In this document: positions 38,212 through 51,700 of the stretch, piece by piece
Position numbering within the stretch: position 1 is the stretch's first letter
Layout of the letters: each line of letters opens with the position of its first letter
Assembly: GCF_018977255.1 (NCBI RefSeq)
Contig: NW_024704742.1
Coordinates: forward strand, 28,770,001 to 28,834,000
Length of the DNA: 64,000 nt
Direction of reading: 5' to 3'
DNA from: Callorhinchus milii
Lineage: Eukaryota
Made by a program: the position numbers and the translations under genes
The notes under the pieces: model-generated
What the model was told of the DNA's origin: nothing
Database searches by the model: none
What the model saw: only the letters and a program-made list of their open reading frames with translations

Positions 38212-38530
38212 TTCCTCTCTCTCTCTCTCTCTCTATTCCCTGAGGAAGAAAGTAAAAGCTTGTTGATGCTTTCTGTTCTTTCTTTCTCTTCTGCACTCTG
38301 CTCTGTTGCTTCCCTGTTCTCTCTGTTTTCTGTGGTTTGTGTTATTTCTCTGCTCTCTCCATCTCTTATCCGCATTGTTTCTGGATGTTCTCTGCTGTTT
38401 CCATTCTTCATACNTTTTTTTCTCTGTCTGCTGCTTACATGTTCATTCTCTTTGCTGTTTCTGCACTCTTTCTGCTGTTTCTGCACATTTTTTCTCTCGC
38501 TCTCTGCTGTTTTTGTGCTCTCTTGCTTTT
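38212..38530. repeat. (CT)n microsatellite and T/C-rich low-complexity tract
   Basis: (CT)n at about 38215-38235 followed by degenerate TCTCTG/TTCTG repeats; contains one N at 38414. Confidence 0.85.
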
Positions 38531-38981
38531 GGATGTATCAGTTACAGCCATTGCCTTAATATGAATTTGATCAACACAACAGGCAAGTCTTAGGTTCAGT
38601 CTTTAGTCTGTGCTAAATTAGCTGATTTCAATCACAATCTGAACACAATCCAGTGACACTTGCTTGAAAATCATGTGTGTGGACATTGGGCAAGGGTAGG
38701 ATTGTGTGAGAGCAGTTTTGGCCCCAGCCTCCCACACACATATATACATATATACACAATTGCAAGCCATGCATACATGCATATGTGCAAAGCTTGAGCA
38801 TGCCCAAGAATAAATAGGAAAGTATATTACTATTTTAATACAATTACTTATTTTATACTGGATAGAACTCAATTAAAGGCAGCAATCTTATCAGGTGCTG
38901 GAAATAAACCTGTTAACTTGGCCGCCCATAGAAAAATACAGTCACTACATACATATTTATATTTACACACACACACACAAA

Positions 38982-39098
38982 TGTTTCGCCCACAAACTAT
39001 GCAGTCAATTCACTTTACAATTCATTATAAAGCGCTTTGAGACATCTCAAAGACGTGATAAGGCGTTATATCAAATTCAAAGATTATTATTATTATTA
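38982..39098 (+). mobile_element. SINE family A 3' fragment
   Basis: GTTTCGCCCACAAA...AGCGCTTTGAGACATCTCAAAGACGTGATAAGGCG tail and (TTA)n. Confidence 0.8.
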
Positions 39099-40779
39099 CA
39101 CACACATACGGTCTTTAGTCTGTGCTGAATTAGTTGATTTCATACATACAGTCAGTGAAAATTACGGTCACCAAGATGTAAGTGTGCACAAGCCTATTGA
39201 TTCATCTGGTTTAAAGAGTAATATTTCAAAGGCGGATTGTTTTACAGTTGGAAAATGAGCTGTTCACCAGCTCTTCTGAAGTGCGCTTACACAATGCACC
39301 CTGCGCAGTATTACTGTAGCTATGGTATGCCAGCCACACCAATAGTTCACAAAACAACTGGCAAACCTGACCTTGAAAACTCTGCTGTATGCTAGAGCCT
39401 GGTGTAAGTTTGTACCCTGCAGCGAGCTGCAGACAATAATTAGTTTGTCGGTTTTGGGAACCATGGGCCATGATGGAGAGCTCTTTGAAGCAAGAAGGTG
39501 TAACTCTACAGAGCTCCATTGCAACTGGATAAGTTCCATTTGGACCCAAGAGCTTTTATGCTAGTGTTGACAGCAATCTCTACACATGTGTGGTCAGTGA
39601 AAAAAAACAGTCAATTTATCTTAATGTTAATCTTAATGGGAGCCGTGGCGGGATGTCAAGTAGTCCGTTTCTTCATGTTACAGGGATTGACGACAACAAC
39701 TTGCATTTATATAGCACCCCTCACACGGGGTAGAGTCCCGGAGCGCTTTAACAACTATTTCAAGGAGCTGCAAGAAACTGGAAAGTTTGGCATCATGTAG
39801 ATATGTGCCCAAATGAGAAAGAGAGATGAGAAAGGGGACCTCCAGTACTCCTACCCATCAAAGAGCCCTGAGCATTTCCAGACTCACAAAGGGAGGTAGA
39901 GAGAACATGATATGAACATCAATTAAACCTCTTGATTGCAGTGAGTATAACTCAGCCATAAGACAAACAGTGTCAAGGCACAGCCAGGCTGCTTCACCGA
40001 GCCCCTCTCATTCTGACAGCAATTGTTCTCTTTCTACAGCAGTGAATGCTCAGCTCACACATGATTTTCAAGCAAGTGTAACAAGGTTCAGATGTTACAG
40101 CCAGCCTCTCCCTGCAACCTGGAAGATATTACATTTCTATCAAAAAAAAATCCCTACAGCTGATATCCCTACAACAACAATGGGAACCCGCTACCTTATC
40201 TACTCCCACTAACAAGAGAAACTGAGGAACGGTGCTCGGGGCTCATCAAACCGATTTCTAAGATGTGGTCAAATCTGCTTCATCTGTAAACAGTTTAGTC
40301 ATTTCAGCATTGAACTATTATACTAACAAACTGGTTGAAGAATGAACTAGATTAAATGCAAAAACAAAGTATATACAAGTCTGATGGTACTGATGAAAAG
40401 TGGAGATTTATAGTAAAAACGGATATTGTTCAGTCAGTGGAGGCTTGCCTGTGCCCTCCTAGTGAAATGAGGATGGACAATTCAACTGAAGGAAAAGGGC
40501 ACAAGGTCAAACCCTTCTATTGATCCTTCCTGCCCTGACATTCCCAGTACAGTACAACCGTCCATCTTTTATTGCAACCCTCTCAGAACTGTTTGTTTTA
40601 TTCAGGAAGTATTTCTTGCTTGTTTCCCATGCCCTCTGTGGGGTCAGTTTTGTGGGAATTCTTAATTAAGGAATGGACTCGAGGGAATCCTGTTCTGAAA
40701 ATAGATTGCATTGGAGCTTCTTTCCCGAGAGTCGGCATCACAGGCATCTGGAATTACTGTTTAAGAAATGTCTGTAGAA

Positions 40780-41060
40780 ATACGTCAACCTCTATGTAAG
40801 ATTTTAAATGGGATTGAGAAAGAAAAGCCAGAACAATGCTTTCTGGATAGATACAAGAAAGCACAAGGTTTAGAGTTGCAGAGGTCAATTTCAGCACAGA
40901 CAACGAGGTGATTAATAACCAGCCGGGAAGGTTGATTAAGGCCAGGACACTAGATTAATTTAAAAAAAAAACTTGATGCTGTGATGGGTTTTCTGGAAGG
41001 GTGAGATCAGATGTGCTGAAGGATCGTCTTCATCTGAACCAATGTTGTGATCTTGTAAAA
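40780..41060 (+). mobile_element. highly decayed CR1 3' fragment
   Basis: ATGTAAGATTTTAAATGGGATTGAG, ACAAGAAAGCACAAGGTTTAG and TTTAAAAAAAAAACTTGATGCTG follow the CR1 C-terminal motif order. Confidence 0.45.
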
Positions 41061-41914
41061 TTCCATCTTAATCAGTTCTGTCTTCTGATTCAAGCAAAAA
41101 GACAATGCCATTTCCCGCAAGAAGAGAAATGTCACTTTGTCACAAGTTCACTGGGCATGGAAAAATCTGACTGCATGAATGTTACAATCCATTCTGGCCA
41201 GTAGTGTACAATGACTCATGTCTATGAAGAGGAAAATCCCAGACGGAAAAAATAATATGTGAACTACACCTCAGGCAAAGGACATCCAGATCTGGTTCCA
41301 TTTCCTGTGGATACACATTCCCTCCTATAAGTCATTAAGGAACCACCCGCATGCTACATCAAATTAGGCATCTACAAACTCTCGTCTCCCACTAACACAG
41401 GGTACAGATCAGAAGAATTCCCTTCCATCTCACAATCCCCAAAATAGATTGTCGCTGGATAGTTTTTGAATGGAATTTGAATCCCAACTGGACTGTGAAT
41501 GTCTCACCCCTTCTCTCCATAAACAGTAAACCCCCTCAAGACTCCTGCCAAACCAACTGTCCAATCATGCGCTCCTTCTCCCCATGCTTGCTGGCCCTCA
41601 GCAGCCAAGGATATAGACTTTGACTCAGTTTGAATCCAGTGAGCAGACGAAAACTTATCCACTACCTTCTGCTTGCGGGATTCAAACAATTACAATTCCG
41701 GTACTGGCATTTATCAGTATTGTTCAGCGCTAACCAAAGCTGATGCTGAAAAAACCTGGTAGTGCTGGTACCAGCATGGTAATTATAATTAGCAAGAAAT
41801 TCCGGCTTGCCGGACCGAACTCCCAGCCCACTCCTGCTGGGTTTTAGAGTAGCTACTGTAGTACTTCCATATGTAGAGCAAAAGAAGTGCTCACCGTATA
41901 ATCCTTGCTTTTGA

Positions 41915-42078
41915 TGATAATAATCCTTGCATTTGGTACAGCTCCTTATCACATTACTGAGCCATCTCAAAGCGCTTCACAGGATATACTGTGACTGTGT
42001 CTTTTGTGGGCAAAACACGGCAGCCAGTTTACGCAAAGTCCCACAAACAGCCATGGAGTGAATAACCAACATTATTTG
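41915..42078 (-). mobile_element. Deu-type SINE 3' fragment
   Basis: ATAATAATCCTTGCATTTG tail and antisense Deu GGCAGCCAGTTTACGCA..GTCCCACAAACAG. Confidence 0.75.
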
Positions 42079-42529
42079 AATCCAGATAAATCAAACTTTT
42101 GATTGAAACCTAATTTTGTTTAGTTATCTATATAAATAGTTCACTACCTAAATAATTTACTATTTGTATATATAGCTAAATAATTTATGACTTGTATATA
42201 AAGCATTGACATTTACTCCATTACTTTCCTGTATGTATAAAGATTTATATTTATGTTGTTATATGTACTCTTTGTGTCATGTGTTTTGTATTAGGAGTGA
42301 AAATATATTTAAAATAATGTATTTTAAAGAAAGGTAAGTGTGATCAGAGGAATTATTAATATTTACGGATTATATATGTATAAAATTGTAATAATACTTT
42401 GATATCAATCAAACTAAAAAATCCACACATATAGCTACATTGCCTCCACTGCCTGTGGAACTCCTTGTCAATGGTGAACTACTTGGGTCCACACAGAGGT
42501 GAGAGATGGGAGTTAACTACTTTGCTGGA

Positions 42530-42790
42530 GAAGGTTTGCTGAAGAATGCAATTGGTCGCAACTGAGCCATACAGACCAGGAAGGTCCCTCGTTCTGTGCT
42601 GAGTTAGATCCTCTCCATTGGGCAATGGGAGGGGGTCACAAGCTCAGGGACAATAAGTCCAATACACTCCTCACAACTATCCAGTGACCCCCACCCCCAA
42701 TACACACACGCACCCTTTGGGAAAATGTATGTTTGAGGACAGGATCAGGCTCACAATTATGGTGAGAAATTCCACCTGGGGAAGCATGGC
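42530..42790 (+). mobile_element. old SINE family B
   Basis: AACTGAGCCATACAGACCAGGAAGGTCCC..TCTGTGCTGAGTTAG...CTATCCAGTGACCCC...GAGGACAGGATCAGGCTC; several homologues in the window. Confidence 0.6.
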
Positions 42791-43158
42791 AGAGCTGGGA
42801 CTAGCCCCAAAGTGTAACTGCTCCCTGTAAATAAAGGCAGCAGAACCCAATGGCAGGGAAATTCTGCTCATTCCATTAGAGTGGAGTGCAAAGAGTTAGG
42901 GCCCAACAGAAAAGAACGGGCGCATTGCATTTTGTAACGGATTACAATAGAGTTGTATTGTTTTCTACAACAGATTTCTTATTCATGAGACAACTGTAAA
43001 TATATTTTACTAAAAAAAGAGAAATTCCAACTGGATCTAGATTTATTCTATTTACGTAACTTTTCAGAGTTTCCAGAAATTGACAAATTCTTAAAAACAG
43101 TCTTAATTTTAAAGCTGGTTTTCTATAATTACTTTAAATAACAGGAACAACAGAAAAC

Positions 43159-43210
43159 TACGTTGTGAAATGCGACATAATGCGACATATACGCTGTGAA
43201 ATGCGACATA
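43159..43210 (+). repeat. short tandem repeat
   Basis: TACG(T/C)TGTGAAATGCGACATA twice, with an extra ATGCGACATA between them. Confidence 0.8.
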
Positions 43211-44509
43211 AATTATTTAAATCTAGACCCAGGTGAAATGTCTCACCACACTTCAGGAGCGGAGGAGAGAAACAGATTTAAAAATGGAAAAATAAACACA
43301 AAACAGTAGCTCCAAGTCTTTCTACGCTCTCGCAGCAGGGAGTCTGGTCAATTTCGTGAGATGTTTGTCTTTGTTATGGCTATCTCGGGTTGCACCCTGT
43401 CGTTATGACAAAAAATGTATAAAAAGTGGAAGTCACCTGTTTGTCTTATGAGTGTGCATTAGGTATGTCCTCCCAATTAGATTTGAAAGTGCATTGTCCA
43501 TCTAAAAGTCATAAAGTCTTTCCCCTCTGCTGCAACACCCAAAACAGCACAATAAAATTACAGCAAGGCTGTGCAGAGCGTGGTTACTAGCCATTAATGG
43601 GAGGAAAATATCCAGCGTTGGTTGGAGAGTGCACAACAGCGTTTCCAGACGTTGAAATCCTCTCTCAGCCCCTGCCAAATCCCTTCCAGTTAAAACCTAA
43701 TACAATACAAATAGTAAATCAGCAGATCTGAACTCAGGAAGTGGGACTATCCTGACGGTGCCTGCCAGTCCAAACAGATGTGTTGGCACACTTTGACAGC
43801 ACACTCCCAACAATTTAGTTCAGTGTGTTGCCAGGAAGTTAAAACAAAGCTGCTCTTCCATTTGCTCACTTAGTAAAAGGTGCTTCACAGTTTGGAACTG
43901 AGCTGTACAGACGCAGAGGTTCTCTGGTTTGATTCCCTGAGCTTGTGCTAAGCAGGGAGGGATGTCAGGGTGGGGGAGATTTACAGTAAATGTTACCACA
44001 TTCATAATTTATTCAGGAAGTTGGATTTGTTTTATTACCAACACTGCATGGAGCTGTGAAGTGGGTTGATCTGTTTAAGGGAAACACATTCAATAGAACT
44101 TTCACGCAATCCGGTTACTTGGTACCTCCCATCATCCATTGCTTTTGTGTATCAGGTAGGAAATCAAAACTTGGACATCTCCCGTGCACTTTCTCTTGAG
44201 CACCCAAGAGTCTCATTGATGGTGGCCCTGGAATAGATTGTTCAGATACGGAGGAAATGCTGATGGAGAGGCTGCAAGAAGGGAAATGTTCGATAACCCT
44301 TTTAAGAGTAAATAGACAATTAACTGGGAACCAATAAAAAGAAGACCAGGATGATAAAAAGGGATTCTGGGGAGAGAGAGAGAAAAAAAAACAGGAGTTA
44401 CTCAATATACCAGTGTTGGGGATTGGGAATCATTACAGAGAGGGTTGGATGTGGGGGAGTGGCTGGAAAATGAACCAGGTTCTGTATGTGGGAAGGAGAT
44501 GGTTGCAGG

Positions 44510-45280
44510 GAAGTCTGGGATGAGAGCTAACTTTCATCAGTTGAACATCAACACACAGATGCCCTCCAGATTGGCTTCTGTTAGCGCCTCCACACCTCAG
44601 CCACTGACAGCATCACCATCCAAGGATGCACACTCTACCTTGCTAAGTCAGTCCATAACCTTGGTGTGTTACTTAACCCACATCCATGCCATGACCCGTA
44701 CTGTCTTACCCCACCTCCACAGCATCGCCTGGCTCTTCCACTGTTTCGCACCACAAGCCGCTGAAACCATCGTACATGCATTCATATCATCCAGGCTTGA
44801 CTATACAAACTCCCTACTTGTCAGCCTCTCCAACTCCTCCCTCCATAGGCTGCAGATCATCCAGAACTCTGCAGCCTGTGTCCTTTCCTGGACCAGGCTC
44901 CGTGATCTTATCACACCCACATCCTCGCTCAACTCCACTGGCTTCCCATCACACAGAGGATACAGTTCAAGATCCTGGTCCTCACCTTCAAAACCCTCCA
45001 TGGCTTTACTCCCCCCTACCTCTGTGACCTCTTAAACCCCTACCAACCTGCCTGCTCCTTCTGCTCAGTGGGCTCTGGCCTGCTTCATGCCCCCTGCCTC
45101 ACCCGCCCTACCATTGGCAGGCGTGCCTTAAGCCACTCTGCCCCCACCCTCTGGAACTCCATCCCGCATTCCATCCTCTTTTCCCCCTCCCTTGCCTCTT
45201 TCAAGACCCATCTCAAGACCCTCCTCTCCACTATGCTTTTGATCACCCTACTTCCCCCCTTACCTTCCACACTCCCCAAT
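44510..45280 (+). mobile_element. L2 3' fragment
   Basis: KSGMRANFHQLNIN...AETIVHAFISSRLDYTNSLL...QIIQNSAACVL; later IGRRALSHSAPTLWNSIP. Confidence 0.9.
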
Positions 45281-45294
45281 CCCGGGATGGGATT

Positions 45295-46078
45295 GATTGG
45301 CTTGCAGGACCAAGTGAGGGAGAGGACATAAGTTGGAGAGTTCTGAATGGTCTGTAGTTTGTGGAGAGAAGAATTGGGAAGTCCAGTGAGCAGAGAGTTG
45401 GTGTATTCTCGCCTGGACCTGATAAAAGCATGAAGGGTCTTCATACCCGAGGGGAGACGTAATTAGAGAGGTAGGCAATATTGTGAAGGTGGCAGAAAAC
45501 TGAACGGATCAGGGCATTGATGTAGGGTTTAAAGGAAAGTTGAGTGGAACAAGAGACTGAGGGTCTACAATGGCTCTGTGATGTTTAGAGTGCATTCGTG
45601 TAGACTGATGCTGTCAGTGCCTGAGTTGAGAAGATGCTGATGAGAGCCAAGCAGGGGAGCATCTGACTTGTCAACATACAACTGGAGAAAGTTAGCTCTC
45701 AATCCAGGACTTGATGTCTAACAGGCAATCGGTCAGAATAGCAGTGGTCCTGGAATTAAGGTTGGAGCCAGAGAGGTAGAGTTTGTTGTCATTTTGCACA
45801 CATGTGGGTTAATCCCATGTCTGTGGATGACATGACATCACTGAGCATGTAGATGTTAAAGAGGAGAGGACTGACAATTGAGACCTGAGGAACGCTGCAC
45901 ATGACGCTGCAGGGGTGGGAGAAACCAATGTCGAATATGAATAGAGATGTTGGGATACATAATATGAAACCAGGCAAGGACAGAATCAGTGGAATGAGAG
46001 GAGAGATGGTGGAGAAGGGTAGAATGGTCGACTGGCCTTGGACTGGTTGAGGAGGCAGAGAGAGCCTTGGATACATCA
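45295..46078 (-). mobile_element. L2 internal fragment, convergent with the previous copy
   Basis: Minus strand: CSVPQVSIVSPLLFNIYML and KTLHAFIRSRREYTNSLLTGLPNSSLHKLQTIQNS. Confidence 0.85.
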
Positions 46079-46135
46079 ATATTAGAGAGACAATTCTCGA
46101 CTAGTTAGACAATATGCTATATGAACTCATATTTT

Positions 46136-46510
46136 ATTACATTACAACCAGATGCTTTAGTGAGCAGAGGAGTCTTTCCCTCCACTTAGCACAACCCCTA
46201 AAGAGTTACACTCGTCCTTCGGAACCAAAAGAAAGGAACTGAGCTGGAAAGCATTTCAATAACAATTGCTTTATGACTGAAGAGTTTCTTGTAAACTTGA
46301 AATCGGGGTGCTTTCAGTTTCTGATTACATTACAACCAGATGCTTTAGTGAGCAGAGGAGTCTTTCCCTCCACTTAGCACAACCCCTAAAGAGTTACACT
46401 GTCCTTCAGAACCAAACGAAAGGAACTGAGCTGGAAAGCGTTTCAATAACAATTGCTTTAAGACTGAAGAGTTTCTTGTAAACTTGAAATCGGGGTGCTT
46501 TCATTTTCTG
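46136..46510 (+). repeat. recent tandem duplication, two units of 188 and 187 bp
   Basis: Units start ATTACATTACAACCAGATGC at 46136 and 46324, with only a handful of differences. Confidence 0.95.
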
Positions 46511-46642
46511 CTGCCAAGGTCAATGTTTCAGAATAACATGGAGAGAAAAAAGGAACTGTAATCAAAGGATTTCAAAGCCTATCAAAAGCATGAAACTCAA
46601 GTTTAGATAACAGTATAAATAGTTCTTGCATTTGATACATCA

Positions 46643-47000
46643 ACAATTTACATTTATACAATATGTTTTATGTTTGGAGGACTTCTTAAGTCGCTTTGCA
46701 CAACTGACTGGGAGCCTGAGCTAGGGGAGGAGTGAGCGTGGTTGAAGAGAGATGTCTTAAGGCACATCTTGAAGGCGGGGAGGGGAGAGGGACACTGGTA
46801 TGGAGTACCACAGAGAGGGGGCAAAATGGCTGAAAGCTTACCCAGTGATGCTGGCTAGAATAGGCAGATATTATGAATCAAGTCAGTGTTTACAGAGTGA
46901 AGGTAGCAGCTGGACAATGGAGTCACAACAGTTTGCAAAGACAGGGCGAAGGCATGGAAGCATTTTGAAGTAAGGATAAGAATCTTGAATTGGAGCAGTG
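46643..47000 (-). mobile_element. decayed L2 3' fragment
   Basis: CAACAATTTACATTTATAC tail, GGTTGAAGAGAGATGTCTTAAGG..CATCTTGAAGG and GAATCTTGAAT match the antisense L2 at 5700-6000. Confidence 0.6.
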
Positions 47001-47149
47001 AAAGTTGCTTGTTGTGAAAAGTTAGCGCATCTGCTGAAATGCACTAGCCATCTTGTGCAAACTTGGCTGGCAGATTCACTGAGAGCTGCAGGAAATCTTG
47101 AATGCATGCAATGAAACAATAAATTCATAAATTTATGAATGACAAATGA

Positions 47150-47362
47150 TTACTCTGGGGATAATAATCTCTTCAAAAGAAAATCATTTAAAAAAAATGT
47201 AGTCACTCAATCCATGACTGTTTGTGGGACACTGCTGTGCGCAATTGGCTGCCGCGTTTCGCCCACAAAATAAACAGTCAATGCACTTTACAGCATATTC
47301 TGTGAAGTACTTTGAGACATCTTAAAGACGTGATAAGGCTCTATATCAAATGCAAGGATTGT
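47150..47362 (+). mobile_element. SINE family A, 5'-truncated
   Basis: ATAATAATCTCTTCAAAA, near-perfect Deu-like block and tail. Confidence 0.85.
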
Positions 47363-48094
47363 TACACTGGTAGATCAGGCTCGCCCCTCGACTCTGAATG
47401 AGTGTCAATGCTTCGGCAAAGCACATGAGGCGAAAACATACCTCTCCGATGCCCAGTTTTTCAACACTTCTCCAGACTCTTCATGCATATCTTTTATCAG
47501 TACTTTCCTTCAGATAATACTGGCTGTATCTAGCATTGTTTAAAACTTGCAACAGTTAATCACTCTTCATTCCCTCTCCCACCCTCTCACCCAAATAATT
47601 TGTGTTTCTTTTTCAGAAGGATTGAGTTTCCAGCAGTCTCGCTGAACATCTGGGAGATGTAAACTCCCGACCCACTGCAGTGAGACTGTTACATCTTCCC
47701 TCTGTCCCCACTAATTAATGAATCATTAGGTAAGATCTTCGACAGAGATAGGAGGTGTAGAGTGACTGTTTAGCCACAGAAGCCAAACTGCATCTCTGTC
47801 ACTGTGTGAACTGAACCATTCACACTGGCATAAACACTAATACAGTTTACATGTTGGAAGGCACAGGGTTCAGTCTCAGTTAATTATTTTCCATGCTGCC
47901 TGATACATTACTGAAGTATTTCTTCTTAAGAAATATTGCATTAATAGGGTTCCAAGCTATTAAGTGCTGTATCTAATTAACCACTCTGTTTGTAATTTTT
48001 TTTATTTTTCAAACATTTTTTTAAAAAAGTGAGTAAACAGACGCAACATCAAGCCAATTACAGTTTCTGTGAACTGTCGCATATGAAGATAAAG

Positions 48095-48790
48095 AACTTG
48101 TTTTTATATCGCCTTTTAATGCTAAAACATCTCAAACTGCTTCACAGCAATTGCTGTCAAGCATAATGACCTTCTGTAAGCAAACATGACAGCCATTTTG
48201 CACGTAGTCAAGTTCGACAAACATCGATGAGGTGAATGAGCAACTTATCTGGTGGAGAATTGAGAAACTGCCTTCTGTTTTCTAATAACATTGTGGGATT
48301 TTAACTTCCACCTGAACAAACAGATGGGACCTCCATTTAGCGTCTGCTCTAAATAATAATAATAATAATAATAATCCTTGCATTTGATATAGTGCTTTTC
48401 ACGTCGGGAGGACGTCCCAAAGCGCTTCACAGAATATACTGTAAAGTGAATTGACTGTATATTTGAGGGCGAACGCGGCAGCCAATTGTGCACAGCAATG
48501 TCCCACAAACAGTCGTAGATTGAAAATGACCAATTTATTATTGTTTTTGGTTTTGGAGGGATTATTATTAGGCGTGTGGAGTAAGGAAACTTGCCCAAGG
48601 TTTCGCCCTGACCTGCCTGGAATTGAACTCAGGTCTCTCGCTTGCAAAGCGAGTGCTCTAACGACTGAGCTACAGGACTCCACGAAGGAGACAATACCTC
48701 CAACAATGCATCGCTCCCCAGTATTGCACTGGTGTGTGAGCCTAGACTTTGAACTCCAGTCCTCATGTGAAGCATAAATTCACAACTGTG
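48095..48790 (-). mobile_element. old Deu-type SINE split by a younger SINE
   Basis: 48095-48350 and 48683-48790 join into the antisense Deu element (TTTAGCGTCTGCTCT | GAAGGAGACAATACCTCCAACAATGCATCGCTCCCCAGTATTGCACTGG). Confidence 0.75.
48352..48682 (-). mobile_element. SINE family A, short variant, full length and young
   Basis: Close antisense match to 18694-19024, including GGGACGTCCTCCCGACGTG. Confidence 0.92.
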
Positions 48791-51700
48791 GGTACATAAA
48801 ACTCTCTGTGAACTGCAATTAGTATGTAATAGGCAACAATACCAATAATTTATATTTATACTGTACCTTTCACATCTGGAGAATGGCTTAAAGTGCTTCA
48901 CAGAATGGACTGAGAGCCCAATCTTGGGGTGGGGTGCAAGATGGCCAACATAGTCAACACTTTGACTTATTTCCAAAGGTACATCAGAGTTTGTGGATCT
49001 GAGTCAGAAAGCTGTAATTCAAATCCCATGCCCTGACTTGAACTTACATAGCCTTGAGGGAGTTTTTCACAGTGTCCTGTGAAGAAAATCCTGTGAAGCG
49101 CTTTGAGATGTCCCTTCTGATGGATTAAAGTACTATACCAAATGCAAGGATTATTATTGTTACTTCATGCGCAATGAAATGTGTCACTTCTTGGCTGGTC
49201 AGCGATAAGGCAAATATAACAGGTGCATGAAGCAGGAAAGGATGTCTCCAGAGAGGTATGAAGTGTAAGTGTGTGTGTGTTGGGCTGCGACTGGATAGCA
49301 ATTAGAAGCAGGAACTCTGACTGACACATCCTACCTTTTCCAACCCAAGAATGCTGAGCTCATTTGTTGCACTTCTAACACTGTTTAGACTGAAATCAGC
49401 TACCTAGCAAAGGAGCCCAGCAAATTTCAGAGTCATACTAGCCAGGGGCTTTGTTAGGTCAGTCATTGAGGGAAATGACAGTAGCTCTTTAAGGATTAAC
49501 TGAAGTCAAGCCAATTTTCTGCATTTCATCAGTTTTTCTCTCTCTCCCCCGATCCCCCCAACCCCGCCATCCTTTCTATCTCAGGCTGTTGACAACAACT
49601 GTACTGGAAGAATAGCAGTTTACAGATGGACGAGTCTAAGCTTTTTAACTGACAACCTGGGAATCGAGATATTTCAGCTTTGAATGTGAAAGAAAGGGAA
49701 AAAGACTATGGGTGTTTGTTACAAAGTGGGTGTGAAGCTATATTGTGTCTCAATATCATTTCTACAGTTTTGAAATTTGGATTCAATATTGACTCACAGA
49801 AAGGGCACATTCAAAGTTTCAGGAATTTGTATTGAACAATTTTTTTCCCACCATAAGCAACTCTTGTGTTTAAAGCTCTGAATGCTTTGTTTCAAATGAC
49901 AAAAAAAGCTGAATATCTGTCCATCAGGATTGTGTCGATGCAATTTTATTATTATGCCCTGATTATATAATAGTGATTTAAAAGAATCAAACCGACATGA
50001 AACTTTTAACGCATTACACAGCTTTAAATAATAGATTTTTTTCTTTTTGGAAACTAAATGCAGGCCAATTTTGAGACTTATATACGTGATCAAAATGGAG
50101 AAGATCAAAGGTTGATAGACCCTTTAGAATTATTAGTATTGTTCATCTCAAAGCCTGAACAGATGAAGTGACTCTCCAATGGTAATTGTGTGGTATCATA
50201 CAGGGAACAAGCACTTTGAATGTTATTATCAGCAGGGGTTTCAAAGCACTGAAGGATTTTCAGTCACACCTTTATGAAGTTCAAGATTGTGGTCTGATAG
50301 CAATCAAGGCACAGGTCAAATTAAATTGGGATGATGAAATTAAAAGAGCCTGATTCATCTATTCTCAGTGGGATGGAGGTGTGAGGTCAGACCAAAGTCT
50401 GAGCTGGCTCCATAATAAATGTACCTCTCAATATGATAAAAAGCTCAGGCACACAGCCAAGGGATAAAGTTTCTAATGGGTTGGCGTTTTCTCCAGGGTA
50501 CCTTTTTGGAAAGAACTCGCAAGCCATGTCAGACCACGCTCAGTGTCTGTCAAGTGGCGCAATAAAGAGATGCTCGTCCATTTAAGGTTACTACTCTAAA
50601 GTAAGAGAGCAATGTAACAAAGGCAAGTTTGGGAATAATAGCTGGCCCATTCAAAGCCTTCATGTAATGAAAGTTACTACAAGGCACTTGTCAGCAAGGA
50701 AATAAAGACCCATGGAAGGGAAAGTTTTCTATCATGTGAGATATGAAATAGATTTTTATTGACTGATAGGTAATTAGTCAGATTGCATGTGATTTGGGCA
50801 AATGATGGTCTGTTCTGCAACTGAAATTAAATTTGTGTCCAAAGAGTCTAAACTACATTCCCAGGACTGTTGAGTGAACTTAAATCAGCTAGCTTCAAAG
50901 TACAATTATGGGAATCCTCGCAATAAAGCTGCCCAAAACTTTGCATTAATAGACATTAATATGTCAATATTTCCCCCAGAATATACTGAAGGGTGGTTAG
51001 ATTAGAAAATGGAAATCCCAAACTGGTGACGGTGCTGATCTGAGTCACAAATATACTGATGTTCAAATCTCTCAATGAAAGCAATTGGAGCAAAAGGGAA
51101 AAATGTGTTAATTTACTAGCATCCTTTACCTGCAAAGTAATATTCACTAAAATATATAATAATAATCTTTGCATTGGATATAGCACCTTATCATTTTTAA
51201 ACATCTCAAAGTACTTCACATGATTCACTGTAAAATATAGTGACCATGTTTTCTCATTTACTTACAAGTTACAGTCAGGATGCATTGCACAGAAATCCCG
51301 TGAAGCGGTATGTGACATTCTCTTGATGTAATAGGCACAAGAACTATCAAACACAAGGATTATTTATTATTGTTGTTTGTAGGCAAATGCAGCAGCCACT
51401 TTTCACATGGCAATGCCTCACAAAGAGCCATGCAGTGAATGACCAATTTTACCTGAGAGAATGTTGACTGTGTCAACCAGAGAAACTCTCTCTCCTCTTT
51501 TCGAATAGTACTAAGTGCTAATCTCTAAGGTCTACCTGAAAAACAGCAGCTGGTATGCAATGGACAGATGTACTCCTGCCAGTTTAACACAGCTTCTGCA
51601 CCTCTGGCTTGTGACACCACTTTGAAACCTGACTGCTGGTACAATGAAGGTATGTCTCAACACGGATTAAAGTGATGGACACTTCTGGCACGTTTAAAAG

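Noticed and set aside
38058..38593. Overlapping ORFs of 60-142 aa
   Set aside because: Produced by a T/C-rich low-complexity tract.
46136..46510. CRISPR-like array
   Set aside because: Whole-unit duplication without unique spacers, in eukaryotic sequence.
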